A stretch of DNA of 64,000 nucleotides from an uncultured Methanosarcinaceae archaeon (GCA_963721455.1 CAVRJG010000019.1:64001-128000); one strand, 5' to 3'. Positions 9,875 to 20,540 are shown, numbered from the stretch's first letter. Notes: generated by a model not told the origin, from the letters alone. Numbers and translations: made by a program.

Positions 9875-11200
9875 TTATTTTTTTCTTATTTTTTCAAGGA
9901 CTTTTTGTTTCTTCTCAATAGCTTCAAGGGCTGCCTTATCAATTGCTGCTCTCATTTCTTCAAAGTCCCTGGGGTTTTCTTCCCCGTGGACTTTTTTCAC
10001 AGGGGTATAGGCTGATTCTCTGAACCTCGGTGTAAAGTCCCTGCATTCGCCATTTACGAAAATCTCAGCCCCATTTCCCTCCTCAACGCGCCCTATAACA
10101 TCAATTTTAATGCCTGCAGATCTGACAGCATCAAGGATTTCATTAACGTACGCCGGGGGGATGATTACAAGCAGGGCATCAAGGGATACTCCAAGGTAAT
10201 CGATTTTCAGGAGCTCAAGCATTGAAAGCACCTTTGGGTTCACGAGAGCCCTTATCTTTTCCTCTTCAAAGACAAGTTTTACATCTGCAGTCTTTGAGAT
10301 TTCTTTGGCATCGCCCCGGATTCCACCATTGGTAACATCAGTCATTGAATGGACCTTTCTGTACAGCTCGGACTGCAGCAGAACCTCACAGGCTTCCAGA
10401 AAACGGATATTAATAGTCTCTTCAACGACATCATGCATTCCATAATAAAGTGCAGTTGTAGAAATCGTACCTCCGCCTGCTCCTTCGGTCATGAGGATAA
10501 GGTCTCCTACCTTTGTCCGATTCCGGGAGGTAAGAGAAGAAGTCACACCTACAGCGCCAACGCCGCCTGTCATGCGTTCGCCTATAACCATATCCCCGCC
10601 GATTCGAAGAGTGCTTCCGGTAATAAGGGGTATTCCAGTCAGTTCCGAAACCGTGGTTATTCCTGCAATATGGTCAAATATCTTTGCGACATCCCCATCA
10701 TCTGCTATATGAATGTCGGAAAGCATTGCCAGTGGGCGGGCTCCCATGGAATACACATCACGCAGAGCTGCCCTGGCTACATGAAAGCCTGAAAGAAAAG
10801 GAAAGTCGCTCAGACGAGAATGGATGCCGTCAACCGTGACCACTAGGTAGTCGTCACCGATTTTGACAACACCTGAGTCGTCAAGCTGGGAACTGTCTAC
10901 AACTGCACCTGTCTGACCTATAACTTCCCCGAGCTTGGAGTGAACATAAAAGTCTCCTGTGCCCCTGGAGCCTACCCCGAATTCCCCCATGGAAACTCCT
11001 GAGTGGGTAGAATTTAACACATCTCCTTCCACATTAAGTGTTGCTTTTGCCTCACAAACGACCGCAACCGCGATCTCATGAGCTCTTTCCTGGCTTATAT
11101 TCTTAATTTCAAGAATTCTTGAAGCCAGCTGTACCTCAAGCCCTGCTTCGTTTGAAGGGTCCTTCCTGAGAGCCCGTTTTGCATAACCTTCTATATCCAT
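9875..11200 (-). CDS. AIR synthase-related (PurM/HypE-like) ATP-binding protein
   Basis: 'GVGSRGTGDF', 'DDSGVV', 'RDVYSMGARP', 'MTDVTNGGIRGDA'; alternative start 11209. Confidence 0.85.
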   Translation of the reverse strand: MDIEGYAKRALRKDPSNEAGLEVQLASRILEIKNISQERAHEIAVAVVCEAKATLNVEGDVLNSTHSGVSMGEFGVGSRGTGDFYVHSKLGEVIGQTGAVVDSSQLDDSGVVKIGDDYLVVTVDGIHSRLSDFPFLSGFHVARAALRDVYSMGARPLAMLSDIHIADDGDVAKIFDHIAGITTVSELTGIPLITGSTLRIGGDMVIGERMTGGVGAVGVTSSLTSRNRTKVGDLILMTEGAGGGTISTTALYYGMHDVVEETINIRFLEACEVLLQSELYRKVHSMTDVTNGGIRGDAKEISKTADVKLVFEEEKIRALVNPKVLSMLELLKIDYLGVSLDALLVIIPPAYVNEILDAVRSAGIKIDVIGRVEEGNGAEIFVNGECRDFTPRFRESAYTPVKKVHGEENPRDFEEMRAAIDKAALEAIEKKQKVLEKIRKK

Positions 11201-11389
11201 AGTAACCATCTCACAGACGTTTCTGCCCTAACAGGTGCAGGGCAGGATAATTTAGTGTTCAAGTATTAACCTGTTGATACCAGATACTTCAGTATAAAAT
11301 GCTCAGGAGTCAGAATTTAATCACCTGGACAAAAATGAAAAATAAAGTTCAATATTTAATGCGAAAGCAAATTTCCTGGATACCCCATT

Positions 11390-11998
11390 TCAACACATTT
11401 CTACGAAGTTTTTCAGGATCTTCAACCCGGTCGTTCCGCTTTTCTCAGGGTGAAACTGGGTACCCATTACATTGCCTTTCGAGTTTACGACAGAAGCTGA
11501 AAACTCCAGCCCATAGTTACAGACTGCAAGGGTGTTTTCAGGAGCCGTGTCCACGTAATAGGAATGCACGAAATATACGAAAGAGTTATCAGGAATACCT
11601 TCAAACAGAGGGTGATCCTGCTTGATTTTGAGATTGTTCCAGCCAATGTGGGGTACTTTTAATTCAGATTTCGGAAAACGCAGCACTTTGCCAGAAATAA
11701 GGTTAAGCCCATCAGTCAGCTTCCCTTCTTCAGAAGAGCTCATGAGAACCTGCTGTCCGAGGCAGATCCCGAGCATCGGCTTTCCTGATCGTGCATACTC
11801 TTCTATAATCCCTTTGATGGGGGCAAGGCACTTCATCGCATCCACGAAAGCGCCGACGCCAGGGAGAATTACACCGTCTGCGGCAAGAATCTCCTCAGGG
11901 ACTCCGGAGATTGCGGGACTGGATCCGACGTGTTCGAGCCCCTTTTGAACACTGCGGAGATTTCCAAGCCCGTAATCGAGAATCACGATTCTTTTCAT
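11390..11998 (-). CDS. hisH: Imidazole glycerol phosphate synthase, glutamine amidotransferase subunit
   Basis: 'DYGLGNLRSV', 'LPGVGAF', 'GICLG', 'YFVHSY', 'QFHPEKS'. Confidence 0.97.
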   Translation of the reverse strand: MKRIVILDYGLGNLRSVQKGLEHVGSSPAISGVPEEILAADGVILPGVGAFVDAMKCLAPIKGIIEEYARSGKPMLGICLGQQVLMSSSEEGKLTDGLNLISGKVLRFPKSELKVPHIGWNNLKIKQDHPLFEGIPDNSFVYFVHSYYVDTAPENTLAVCNYGLEFSASVVNSKGNVMGTQFHPEKSGTTGLKILKNFVEMC

Positions 11999-12118
11999 AG
12001 CTCTAACAAATAAAGTTAAAATAGATTAAGCTTACGACAAAGAAAATAACAGCAGAAACGTTATTAAAAGAGATAAGAAGTAAGAAAAAATTAAAGGAAT
12101 TTATAAGTCCTTTGCAGG

Positions 12119-12334
12119 TCAATATCTGCCAGCAGAAAGCCTGTAAGATCGATTCTCCCTTTCAAAAATCACCTTGTATTTGCCACAACGTATGCATTCA
12201 TAGCGTTTTTCGAGCACTGTTGGCAAACAGCACAATGCCCCGCTTTTTCGCTTCCATTTATGCAGTCCGAAAAAACACAAGAAACTATGGTCACGGTCCG
12301 ATTCGCTTGAGTCATCAGAACATTCTTGAGTCAA
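12119..12334 (-). CDS. Small Cys/His zinc-ribbon protein (DUF1660-like)
   Basis: TTG start after GAGGGG RBS; 'LCFFGLHKW...YECIRCGK' pattern. Confidence 0.6.
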   Translation of the reverse strand: MTQECSDDSSESDRDHSFLCFFGLHKWKRKSGALCCLPTVLEKRYECIRCGKYKVIFERENRSYRLSAGRY

Positions 12335-12558
12335 AAAACTGTTTCCCCTCGTTCTTAATTGTTAAGGTTGTTCTACGACAGTAAGGAGAGTATGGGTAAA
12401 AGAACTATATAAATATATAGTTATAATGAAGAAATATAAAGAATTTATTCTATATAAAATTGACTTGGGCTAATAATGAACAAACTATAAATAGAATGTC
12501 TGAATATTGATAAAATTGTGTGTAAATTAATTTTAAGAGTTGGAATTGGGGAAAAAAT

Positions 12559-13044
12559 ATGGGAAAATTCAGATTGATCAGACATGATGAGAAAGCCATG
12601 GAGCTCCCGATAAATATTGTGGTTATGCTTGTTGTCGGGATGGTCGCCCTTGCAACGCTCATTTCGATCATGCCGACTCCGACAAAGGAGATGTCGGTAT
12701 TTGTGGAAAGCACAGCCCTTGAAGGAAGTAACCTTGAGAAAGGGAACTCAATAATAGTGGATTCCCAGACCGCAGAAAACCCTTTTGCCATAACCGTAGT
12801 GGTAAAGGCAACTGACAAGGACGGAAACCCGGTACGGAATGCAAATGTTATTCTGAGAGGGCTTGGCGGGGCAGCATCTAATACTACGGGCGCTGACGGG
12901 ACCACTTTCCTGACAACCGCGGAAAATGCACGTGTCAGGCTTGACCCTAACCAGAATGAAGGGGCAATGGATCTGAAAATCCTGGCCGACGGCTTTTATG
13001 ATTACGAGAAAAAAGACGCAGTCATGATTATCAAGACTCGTTAA
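12559..13044 (+). CDS. Type IV pilin-like protein (class III signal peptide, Ig-like C-terminal domain)
   Basis: 'DEKA/MELPINIVVMLVVGMVAL' cleavage-site pattern plus hydrophobic helix; 'DKDGNPVRNANV...TTGADG'. Confidence 0.7.
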   Translation: MGKFRLIRHDEKAMELPINIVVMLVVGMVALATLISIMPTPTKEMSVFVESTALEGSNLEKGNSIIVDSQTAENPFAITVVVKATDKDGNPVRNANVILRGLGGAASNTTGADGTTFLTTAENARVRLDPNQNEGAMDLKILADGFYDYEKKDAVMIIKTR

Positions 13045-13096
13045 TTACATATTTTCCAGGGATTTCCAGGGATAAAACTATAGAGAGGAGGTGTAG

Positions 13097-13559
13097 ATGC
13101 TGCCTGAAAAATTCAAACGAGATGAAGCAGGAACTATCGGGCTCCCAATAAGGATCGTAGTCCTTTCGGTTGTGGGCCTCGTAGGATTTTATGCAATCCT
13201 CTCAGCCCTCAGCAATGCCCCTACTCCTCCAGAAACCATGTATGCAACAGCAAACATAAGCGCATTTTCTTTACCTTCATCTGATGCAGGGCTAGAAAAG
13301 GAAACCAATCTGAGCCTGCTTGTAAAAGTGCTTGACAGGAATAACCGCGGGATAGGGGAAGCAAATGTGATTGTCTGGAGCCCTGATAGGAAAAAAGCGT
13401 ATTCAGGCGTCACCGACCCTAACGGAAATGCAACGATAAGGATTTCTAAACCTGAGTTGCCTTCCGGAAAAGCTGAAGGATATATATGCCATAAAAGTGA
13501 TGAGAACCGGATACAGAGACTTTACCAGCGACTATTTTTTGAAGGTAATTCGGAGCTAA
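13097..13559 (+). pseudogene. Second pilin-like paralogue with a +1 frameshift near 13487 (or sequencing error)
   Basis: 'DEAG/TIGLPIRIVVLSVVGLV'; removing 1 nt in GGATATATATGCC gives EGYIAIKVMRTGYRDFTSDYFLKVIRS*, which aligns with the paralogue C-terminus EGAMDLKILADGFYDYEKKDAVMIIKTR*. Confidence 0.7.
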
Positions 13560-13673
13560 ATGCTCCTAATATTTCCGACTTTTTCGAAAAAAACAGGAAA
13601 AACCGTATATTGAGATTCTGAAAAACCAGTATTTATTGATTTAGATTATAAATTCAGATTATAGATTTAGATT

Positions 13674-13805
13674 ATTGGTCATCGGTTAACGAATTTTATG
13701 CACAACTTCGAATACCACGTGTAGCGATTTTCCAACATAATTCTTAGATATATTACATAAAAAATAACACTTTTTAACGTTTTGCACCTTAACCGAATCC
13801 ACATG
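13674..13805 (+). mobile_element. IS4/ISH8-type MITE, copy 1
   Basis: Ends (C)ATTGGTCATCGGTTAAC ... CTTAACCGAATCCACATG; flanks GATTTAGATT/AATTTAGATT (9/10 TSD); first 75 bp identical to 41249-41323. Confidence 0.85.
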
Positions 13806-13831
13806 AATTTAGATTATATTTATTCATAAAT

Positions 13832-14527
13832 TCAGATCATTGCAGCGATACTACTGTTATTTATCATGAACCACATGCCGAAAAACGCCATAAATCCACC
13901 ACATAAGTATACCATTATTTCATGTGTATGCTGTGATAGAATTTTATTTCCTTGTGAAAAAGATGAGGATACTGCTACAAGGAACCCAAGATCTGCCATC
14001 CAGTGGCCGAGAATAAAAGCGATTACTGCAGAGATACCTATCAGGTATTCCTGAAGGACGATTGCACTGCCTGCTGTCAGCCACCATATAACGAAAAAAG
14101 GATTCAATGCAGAAGTTATAATTCCTGCAGATACCGGACCTGAGAAAGGATTCAGTGCAGAAGTTATAATTCCTGAAGGGGCGGGGTCCGACGATGAGTT
14201 CAGGCTACGGGCCGAAATGGAAATATCCATCGTAGAAGCCTCTTTTGCACCTTTGATCATTACCAGCCCGGAAATTAACATAACCAAACCACCTATTATA
14301 GCCAGATATGAAATGGTTGTTTTTCCGAGAAAAGACGATGCACCTATCAGGACAATCACAAAAATGGCCAGCTCTACCAGGGCATGCCCTATAAAGATTG
14401 AAGGCCCTGCTCTCCAGCCGTTCTTAATAGATGCCGCAATCGCTGCGAACATCATGGGCCCTGGAATAATGGCTGCAGATATGCCTACTGTAAAACCCAG
14501 AATAAGAGCTTTGGTCAGTTCTATCAT
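13832..14527 (-). CDS. LysE-family transporter
   Basis: 'AAIIPGPMM', 'GHALVE', 'GIITSALNPFFVIWW', 'GHWMADLG'; ATG at 14527 preferred over 14581. Confidence 0.88.
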   Translation of the reverse strand: MIELTKALILGFTVGISAAIIPGPMMFAAIAASIKNGWRAGPSIFIGHALVELAIFVIVLIGASSFLGKTTISYLAIIGGLVMLISGLVMIKGAKEASTMDISISARSLNSSSDPAPSGIITSALNPFSGPVSAGIITSALNPFFVIWWLTAGSAIVLQEYLIGISAVIAFILGHWMADLGFLVAVSSSFSQGNKILSQHTHEIMVYLCGGFMAFFGMWFMINNSSIAAMI

Positions 14528-14660
14528 AAGACTACATAAATGAAAGAAGTAATTATATAAATATTTATGGAGACTGACCATCTAACAGCATTTGCGACCG
14601 TATCAAGAAAATAAGCATTTTCCAGTTTATATTAAATACGAAGATTTTTCTTTTTCTGTT

Positions 14661-15518
14661 TCATACATTATCTGTTAACGACTTCTTTTTGCGGTTTACC
14701 AGATAAAACTTCATTAAGACGGCTCCTGCCATCAGCACGGCAAGCCCGGTAGAGAAATAAGGAGACCTTATGACATCCCACCTGCCAGACCAGACAAGGA
14801 ATCCGGTAAGGAAAAGAACTGAAGATCCGGCAACTCCTGAAACCTCAAAGGGAATCTTCATTGAGCCGAGGGTTAACCTGTTCTGGTTCTCAATGATTTC
14901 GATACGGGATTCAAGCTCTTTTATATATGCGTTTTTTGTGTTTTCCTGAGCCTTGAGATTCCGGATTTCCAGATTCAGTTTTTCGATTTCAGATTCCAGG
15001 TTGTTATGAGCAAAATTCGACAGTTCGGATACTGCAACCTGAAGAGAACGCAGACTTTCGGAAATACTGGAAAAAACGTCATTTATACTCCTGATTTTAT
15101 AGCCGGTGCCGGAAACTTCGGAAGAATTGTCCACAGAAGTCATAGAAAGATTCGAGGTTTCGCCAGAAGGAAGTACCGCACTGAGCGCAAAACTCGAAAT
15201 ATCCCCCTCTGAAATTGACGGAACTAAATCAGAAAGGAAAGAATTTCCAGGAACGGAAGATTCAGGAGAAACCGAAGACCTCTGTGGAAAAACTGATGAA
15301 CCGGCAGCAACACTCCCTGCGTTTTCCTCCGGGAAGGGACCGGAGAAATTTCCGGAAAAAACTCTCCCGGCCTGCAGTGCAGGGGGAGTTTCCAGAGAAA
15401 GGCGCCTCTCGACTGCCCTGAGCCTTTTTTCGAAACTCCTGACGCTCTGATCAAAAACTTCAATTCTTCCCTGTAAATCCTCCCTGATTTCTGGCTCTGC
15501 CTGATGTAACTTATTCAA
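14661..15518 (-). CDS. Hypothetical coiled-coil protein with two C-terminal TM helices
   Basis: 285 aa ORF; heptad segments, Ser-rich linker, hydrophobic C-terminus. Confidence 0.7.
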   Translation of the reverse strand: MNKLHQAEPEIREDLQGRIEVFDQSVRSFEKRLRAVERRLSLETPPALQAGRVFSGNFSGPFPEENAGSVAAGSSVFPQRSSVSPESSVPGNSFLSDLVPSISEGDISSFALSAVLPSGETSNLSMTSVDNSSEVSGTGYKIRSINDVFSSISESLRSLQVAVSELSNFAHNNLESEIEKLNLEIRNLKAQENTKNAYIKELESRIEIIENQNRLTLGSMKIPFEVSGVAGSSVLFLTGFLVWSGRWDVIRSPYFSTGLAVLMAGAVLMKFYLVNRKKKSLTDNV

Positions 15519-15693
15519 TTAAACCATTACCCCTAAAAGTTTATTACAATGAATCGTGCCCAACACTATATAAAAATTTTGAAAATTAGAAATAATATTA
15601 AAAGTAAAAAAATAAAAGAAAAGAAGAATTAAAAGTAAAAAATAAGTAAAAGAAGGAAAGCAGCGTGAAAAAATGAAATTGGGAAAAATCGGA

Positions 15694-17616
15694 TCAGATC
15701 AGCCGGACTTCGATCAGTCCCCCTCTATCCTGAGCCTCCATAATATCGGATGCAAGGTCTGAGTTTACTCTGAGTTTCACCTCTCCGTGTCGGCTTACCG
15801 TTGCACTGAAAAGGTATTCGTCTTCAAGGAATATTTCCACATCCTTTCCCGCGAGCTCTGGAGCGCCAAGGATAAGGTGCTTCTTATTCCTTTCGATGAG
15901 GGGATGAACAGAAGAGGCAGTAGCTCCCCTCTCGATACCAGATGGCTTTGTTTTCTCCGGAGGAGATCTACTTTGGGCTCCGTACTTTCGGCCTTTTGCA
16001 GCCCCTGGAGCCTCGCCCTGCATCTCCCTGACATCAACATGGAGCCCCAGAATATTTTCTATCCGGTCAATAACGCTTCCACCTTTACCAATGACTTTTC
16101 GCATCTCTTCGTCCCGGACCTTTACGATTGCACTGTCGTCTGAGATCATTTCCACTTCAACCGGGCCAGATGCGTACCTGCCAACAACATTCTTTATTTC
16201 TTCTTCCGCAAGCTTCCACGCAGGTTTCCTGCCTTCAGTAGAAGGACCTATTGGCATAACAACAACCTGCTCTCCATACGTATAAATCTCGTATTCGACT
16301 TTTCCGGTCTCAAAATCTGCAATAGTAATTACGGGCCTTGCAAGATCCTGCTCGACCATCCCATGAGGAACCTTAACTGTAAATGCAAGCACCAGAACCT
16401 TTGCAACTTCTCCTTTATCAATAAAAATAACAGTATCCACTACCTGGGGAATTACACCCAGTTCAACCCTTCCGATAAGGCGTTGAATGGCATCCACTGC
16501 CCTTGTTGAATGCACTACCCCGATCATGCCCACGCCTGCAAGGCGCATATCTGCAAAAATCAGGAAATCGCCGGTCTTCCGGACTTCGTCATATATAGTA
16601 TAATCCGGCCTGACCAGAAGCAAAAGATCCGCAGTATCTTCCATCCTCCCATTCAGAGGCGAGTACTGGGTGATCTCAGGAGGCACCTGCAGGTCTCTTG
16701 GAGATTCCATAGTTTTGACCACCTGCTCGTGGTCATTAAGGTAGCGGGCAACCCCGGCAGCAAAAGTAGATTTTCCGGCTCCAGGAGGCCCGGCAATAAG
16801 AATGCCGCGCTGGCTTACGATACGTTCTTTGAGTTTATCGCTAAGGCGGTAATGCTCAAGATCCACAACCACAGTTGGCCTGACAGTAGTAATTTCCATA
16901 TCGTCGGAAAAAGGCGGGCGAGCAATAGCAATTCGCATGTTCCGGATCTGCAGGACAGTAGCCCCACTTGAAGACATCTCGATGAAAGATTCCGGGTCCA
17001 GCCTCGCCCTCTCAATAAGTTCTTTCGAGATACTGGAAAGTTCCGACGAAGTAGCAGGTTCTTCGCGGATCCTCACATAACGAACGTTCCCCACAGGACC
17101 TTTCTTGGCCATAGGGGAGACACCATTTTTAAGGTGGACAGACATCGTATCGTCAGTGAAAAAATGCTCTATTTTGAGAGGCCCAAACTCTGATGGGTCC
17201 AGAGTTTTTGGATGCATGTACTCAACATCGAGCCCCTTTGCTTTAGCTATAAGAGACTGTACCCGGTCTTCGCTTAAAAACAGCCCTCCGACCTCGATAG
17301 CCGTACTTCGGATAAGGGCATCCATCCTGCCCTCTTTAGATAGCCTGATTTCCTCAAAAGTGGGCTGAACCCCTCTGAATTGAAGGAGAATCTCCCCCCT
17401 GTCTGCCAGCTTGCGAAGTTCCGAAAGCTCTTCAAGCCCTTTGAAACCTATTTCTCTGCCCCTGTTTGCCTGAGCTTCAAGTTCCGATACCACAGCTTCA
17501 GGAATGACAATCTCAGCACCCCTGAACTCACCGCTTTTAACGCGGGATGAAAGCCTCCCGTCAATAATTATGCTTGTATCCGGAACGATCCTCCGTATCT
17601 GCTTCTCTTCAGCCAT
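15694..17616 (-). CDS. PIN-domain ATPase with KH domain (PINA family)
   Basis: PIN 'VPDTSIIIDG...VVSELE', Walker A GPPGAGKST, 'YDEVR', KH 'VIGKGG'. Confidence 0.92.
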   Translation of the reverse strand: MAEEKQIRRIVPDTSIIIDGRLSSRVKSGEFRGAEIVIPEAVVSELEAQANRGREIGFKGLEELSELRKLADRGEILLQFRGVQPTFEEIRLSKEGRMDALIRSTAIEVGGLFLSEDRVQSLIAKAKGLDVEYMHPKTLDPSEFGPLKIEHFFTDDTMSVHLKNGVSPMAKKGPVGNVRYVRIREEPATSSELSSISKELIERARLDPESFIEMSSSGATVLQIRNMRIAIARPPFSDDMEITTVRPTVVVDLEHYRLSDKLKERIVSQRGILIAGPPGAGKSTFAAGVARYLNDHEQVVKTMESPRDLQVPPEITQYSPLNGRMEDTADLLLLVRPDYTIYDEVRKTGDFLIFADMRLAGVGMIGVVHSTRAVDAIQRLIGRVELGVIPQVVDTVIFIDKGEVAKVLVLAFTVKVPHGMVEQDLARPVITIADFETGKVEYEIYTYGEQVVVMPIGPSTEGRKPAWKLAEEEIKNVVGRYASGPVEVEMISDDSAIVKVRDEEMRKVIGKGGSVIDRIENILGLHVDVREMQGEAPGAAKGRKYGAQSRSPPEKTKPSGIERGATASSVHPLIERNKKHLILGAPELAGKDVEIFLEDEYLFSATVSRHGEVKLRVNSDLASDIMEAQDRGGLIEVRLI

Positions 17617-17834
17617 ATAAGGGGATATAGAGCTGGAAAGTATATAATAAAACCTCTGGTAATTTTTTTTAGAAGAAGAGAGCCAAAAAACAGAGTTGAG
17701 GGAAAACGAAGTTTTTAAAAACCTGAGAAATCAAAAAGCTCGAAGCAAAAGCAAACGTAGATAAAAATTTAGAAAAAGACAAAAATGAAGAAAAATAGAA
17801 GTGAAATAATTAAAAGTTTATTAAATTTCTAAAA

Positions 17835-18197
17835 TTAATAAACATCATCAGGCTCGAAGACCTTCTCACCTATGATTTTCCCCTCGATATCCCGGTAGAA
17901 GCAGGACCTGTACCCCATATGGCAGGCTCCCCCGGCCTGCTCCACTAGCAGGAGAATAGAATCCATATCGCAATCTATCCTGATTTCCTTTACTTTTTGC
18001 AGATGCCCGGAAGTCTCCCCTTTCTTCCAGAGATTCTGCCGGCTTCGGCTCCAGAAATGTGCAATTCCTGTCTCTACAGTCTTTTCAAGGGCTTCCCGAT
18101 TCATATAGGCGCACATCAGCACCTCCCTGCTGATCCGGTCCTGAACAACAGCAAGGATCAGACCGTTTTCATATTTCAAGGTATCAAAATCGATCAT
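17835..18197 (-). CDS. hisI: Phosphoribosyl-AMP cyclohydrolase
   Basis: '[16 protein letters not shown]', 'DCDMD', '[10 protein letters not shown]'. Confidence 0.97.
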   Translation of the reverse strand: MIDFDTLKYENGLILAVVQDRISREVLMCAYMNREALEKTVETGIAHFWSRSRQNLWKKGETSGHLQKVKEIRIDCDMDSILLLVEQAGGACHMGYRSCFYRDIEGKIIGEKVFEPDDVY

Positions 18198-18389
18198 GGA
18201 GGATAGATTGCGAAACTAGTATAAAAAAGAGAGGGGATGAAATCTTAAGGAGATGCTGGAGAGAAACAGGACTGGTTCACATCCATCAAAAAGAAGCTGC
18301 AGTAGCTGGTATTATACATTAAACCAGCTCAGGAAAAAGTATAAAAGAAATAAATTAATCCAGTAAAGGCATTAAACCGGACTCCTTTT

Positions 18390-20369
18390 TCAAGGCTTGG
18401 TTCCCAGTACATCCTCTACATACGCCCTGAAAATTTCAGCAACGCTCCAGGCCTGAGAAATGCAGCCACCCGGAGAGTAAGGATAGTCACCATCAAATAC
18501 TTCGGAAATAGTTCCGACACCTGCCGTTTCAAGGTGCATATCAAAGCCCTGCAGAAGGGCCCGCATATCTTCAAGACTTTGTTTTGAATTATTATGGACC
18601 TTCCGGTAAGCTTTCACATAGGCTCCGAGGAGCCAGGGCCAAACGGTCCCGTTGTGGTAGGCTGTATCTCTGGCTACAGCGTCTCCATGATAATGCCCTA
18701 CATAAGAAGGATGATCACTCGAGAGAGTTCTAAGCCCAAAGGGTGTCAGAAGATCTTTTTCAACTCTGTCCACAATTGCTTTTTCTTTATCAGGGGAAAG
18801 CATAGTATAAGGGAGAGACACTGCGAAGATCTGATTGGGGCGGATTGCAGGATCTTTAACCTGGTTTCCTGCCTCGTCCTGATATACGAGGTCAAAGAGA
18901 CAGTTAGTCCCCGGGTTCCAAAAAACAGTCTCAAAATTTGAAACTACTCCGGCTGCAAGAGTCTCATATGAAGAAATATCTTTTCCGAGAAGAGTAGCCA
19001 GATTGGAGGCAGTTTTCAGGGCGTTATACCAGAGGGCGTTGATCTCACAGGCTTTGCCTGCTCTTGGGGTAACTGCCCATTCCCCGATTTTAGCATCCAT
19101 CCAGGTTAGTTGAGGCCCTTGCCGGATAAGATAATCGGAGTCCATGCCGATTCCAAAGTCTGTGCCTTTACGGTAATTATCTATGATGCTGTCTACGGCA
19201 TCCCAGACATCCGAGAGAAACAGCAAGTCCTTCGTATATGCAAAATAGCGGCTCAGAGTATGGATAAACCAGAGAGAAGCGTCCACTGTATTGTAGACCG
19301 GTTCTCCTCCGAGAGCCAGGAAAGTGTTCGGAATCAAGCCTCTCCGACAATGAATGGCGAAATTTTTGAGAATGGACCTGGCCTCCTCGAAGCGGTGGGG
19401 GATTAAAAGCAGACCAGGCAGAGAGACCATCGTATCCCGCCCCCAGTCATCGTACCAGTGATATCCTGCGATCACCGTATTCTCACCTGAGGAAGGACTT
19501 TTCACTACAAAAGAGTCTGCTGCCCTGAGAAGTTTAAGGGCGAAGGGCTCCGTAAGCCTTGAATTGAAAGCAAGGAGATTTTGTCTGTATACTTCCCTCG
19601 TATAGAGTTCCTCTACCTGCTCGAGAGTAAGGGAAGAAATATCGTCTGTTGAAGCGGCAATGAAAAAACGGGAAGTTCCCAGTTTAAGTTTGCTTTCGAA
19701 ATAGCCGGGATTGAAGTTATCCTCCTGGAAATTACATCCCCGTTGCCTCTCAGTATCATACTCAAAATTGTGGTACCAGACGGGATCAGAATGGTACTGG
19801 AGATTGGATGAAAGCGAGAAAACAAAACCATTAGAACTTTCCAGTTTTACTCCTGTAGAATCGGCTTTCTGGGAAAAGGAAAGATCTCCTGAGTGAGTAG
19901 TGTAATGAAAATTTCTGGAGTTTACCAGAGGGAAAATTCTTAACAAAGCCCCCTCTCTCCGGGATCTGATATCATAGAGAATACAGGTTGTGTTATTACC
20001 ATGAACCGTAAAGACCTTTTTCTTTACGGTAAAAACACCGGGCTGGTAAACCCAGAGAGGAAAGGGGGCAAGAATGAATTTGGAAAGATAATTGAAGCCA
20101 GTAGGAGAAATAGTGTCCGGATATTTGTGAGTTGCAAGTCGATAAATCTCTTCATTGATGGAAATTTCCTCATCAATGGAGGAAAGCAGTACAAACCTTC
20201 CTGGAGAATTTTCTGGAGCTGCCACAAGCAGTCCGTGGTAAGTCCTTGTTCCGGCCCCGATGATTGTAGATGAGGAGTATCCCCCGAGTCCGTTTCCTAC
20301 GATCCACTCTTTCTTTATTCCTTCTTCATATGTGGAAAAGGAATCTGCTCCAAGCCTGATTCCACTCAT
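18390..20369 (-). CDS. Glycogen debranching enzyme (amylo-alpha-1,6-glucosidase)
   Basis: 'EWIVGNGLGGY', 'IAGYHWYDDWGRDTM', 'LTWMDA', 'YHNGTVWPWL', 'QAWSVAE'. Confidence 0.93.
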   Translation of the reverse strand: MSGIRLGADSFSTYEEGIKKEWIVGNGLGGYSSSTIIGAGTRTYHGLLVAAPENSPGRFVLLSSIDEEISINEEIYRLATHKYPDTISPTGFNYLSKFILAPFPLWVYQPGVFTVKKKVFTVHGNNTTCILYDIRSRREGALLRIFPLVNSRNFHYTTHSGDLSFSQKADSTGVKLESSNGFVFSLSSNLQYHSDPVWYHNFEYDTERQRGCNFQEDNFNPGYFESKLKLGTSRFFIAASTDDISSLTLEQVEELYTREVYRQNLLAFNSRLTEPFALKLLRAADSFVVKSPSSGENTVIAGYHWYDDWGRDTMVSLPGLLLIPHRFEEARSILKNFAIHCRRGLIPNTFLALGGEPVYNTVDASLWFIHTLSRYFAYTKDLLFLSDVWDAVDSIIDNYRKGTDFGIGMDSDYLIRQGPQLTWMDAKIGEWAVTPRAGKACEINALWYNALKTASNLATLLGKDISSYETLAAGVVSNFETVFWNPGTNCLFDLVYQDEAGNQVKDPAIRPNQIFAVSLPYTMLSPDKEKAIVDRVEKDLLTPFGLRTLSSDHPSYVGHYHGDAVARDTAYHNGTVWPWLLGAYVKAYRKVHNNSKQSLEDMRALLQGFDMHLETAGVGTISEVFDGDYPYSPGGCISQAWSVAEIFRAYVEDVLGTKP

Positions 20370-20540
20370 AAGTACCTTATTAGTATTTGATTTATTAAAT
20401 AGCTGTACGTTTGGAAAAAAGCGTAAAAAAGTATTAAAAAGAGAGAAAAACTCAGCTTGTAATAAGGGGTATAAAATTATTATATTTTAAGTGTAAACAT
20501 AAACTATTTTAGCTGTGCAGGACATAAGAAAGTGAGAATC

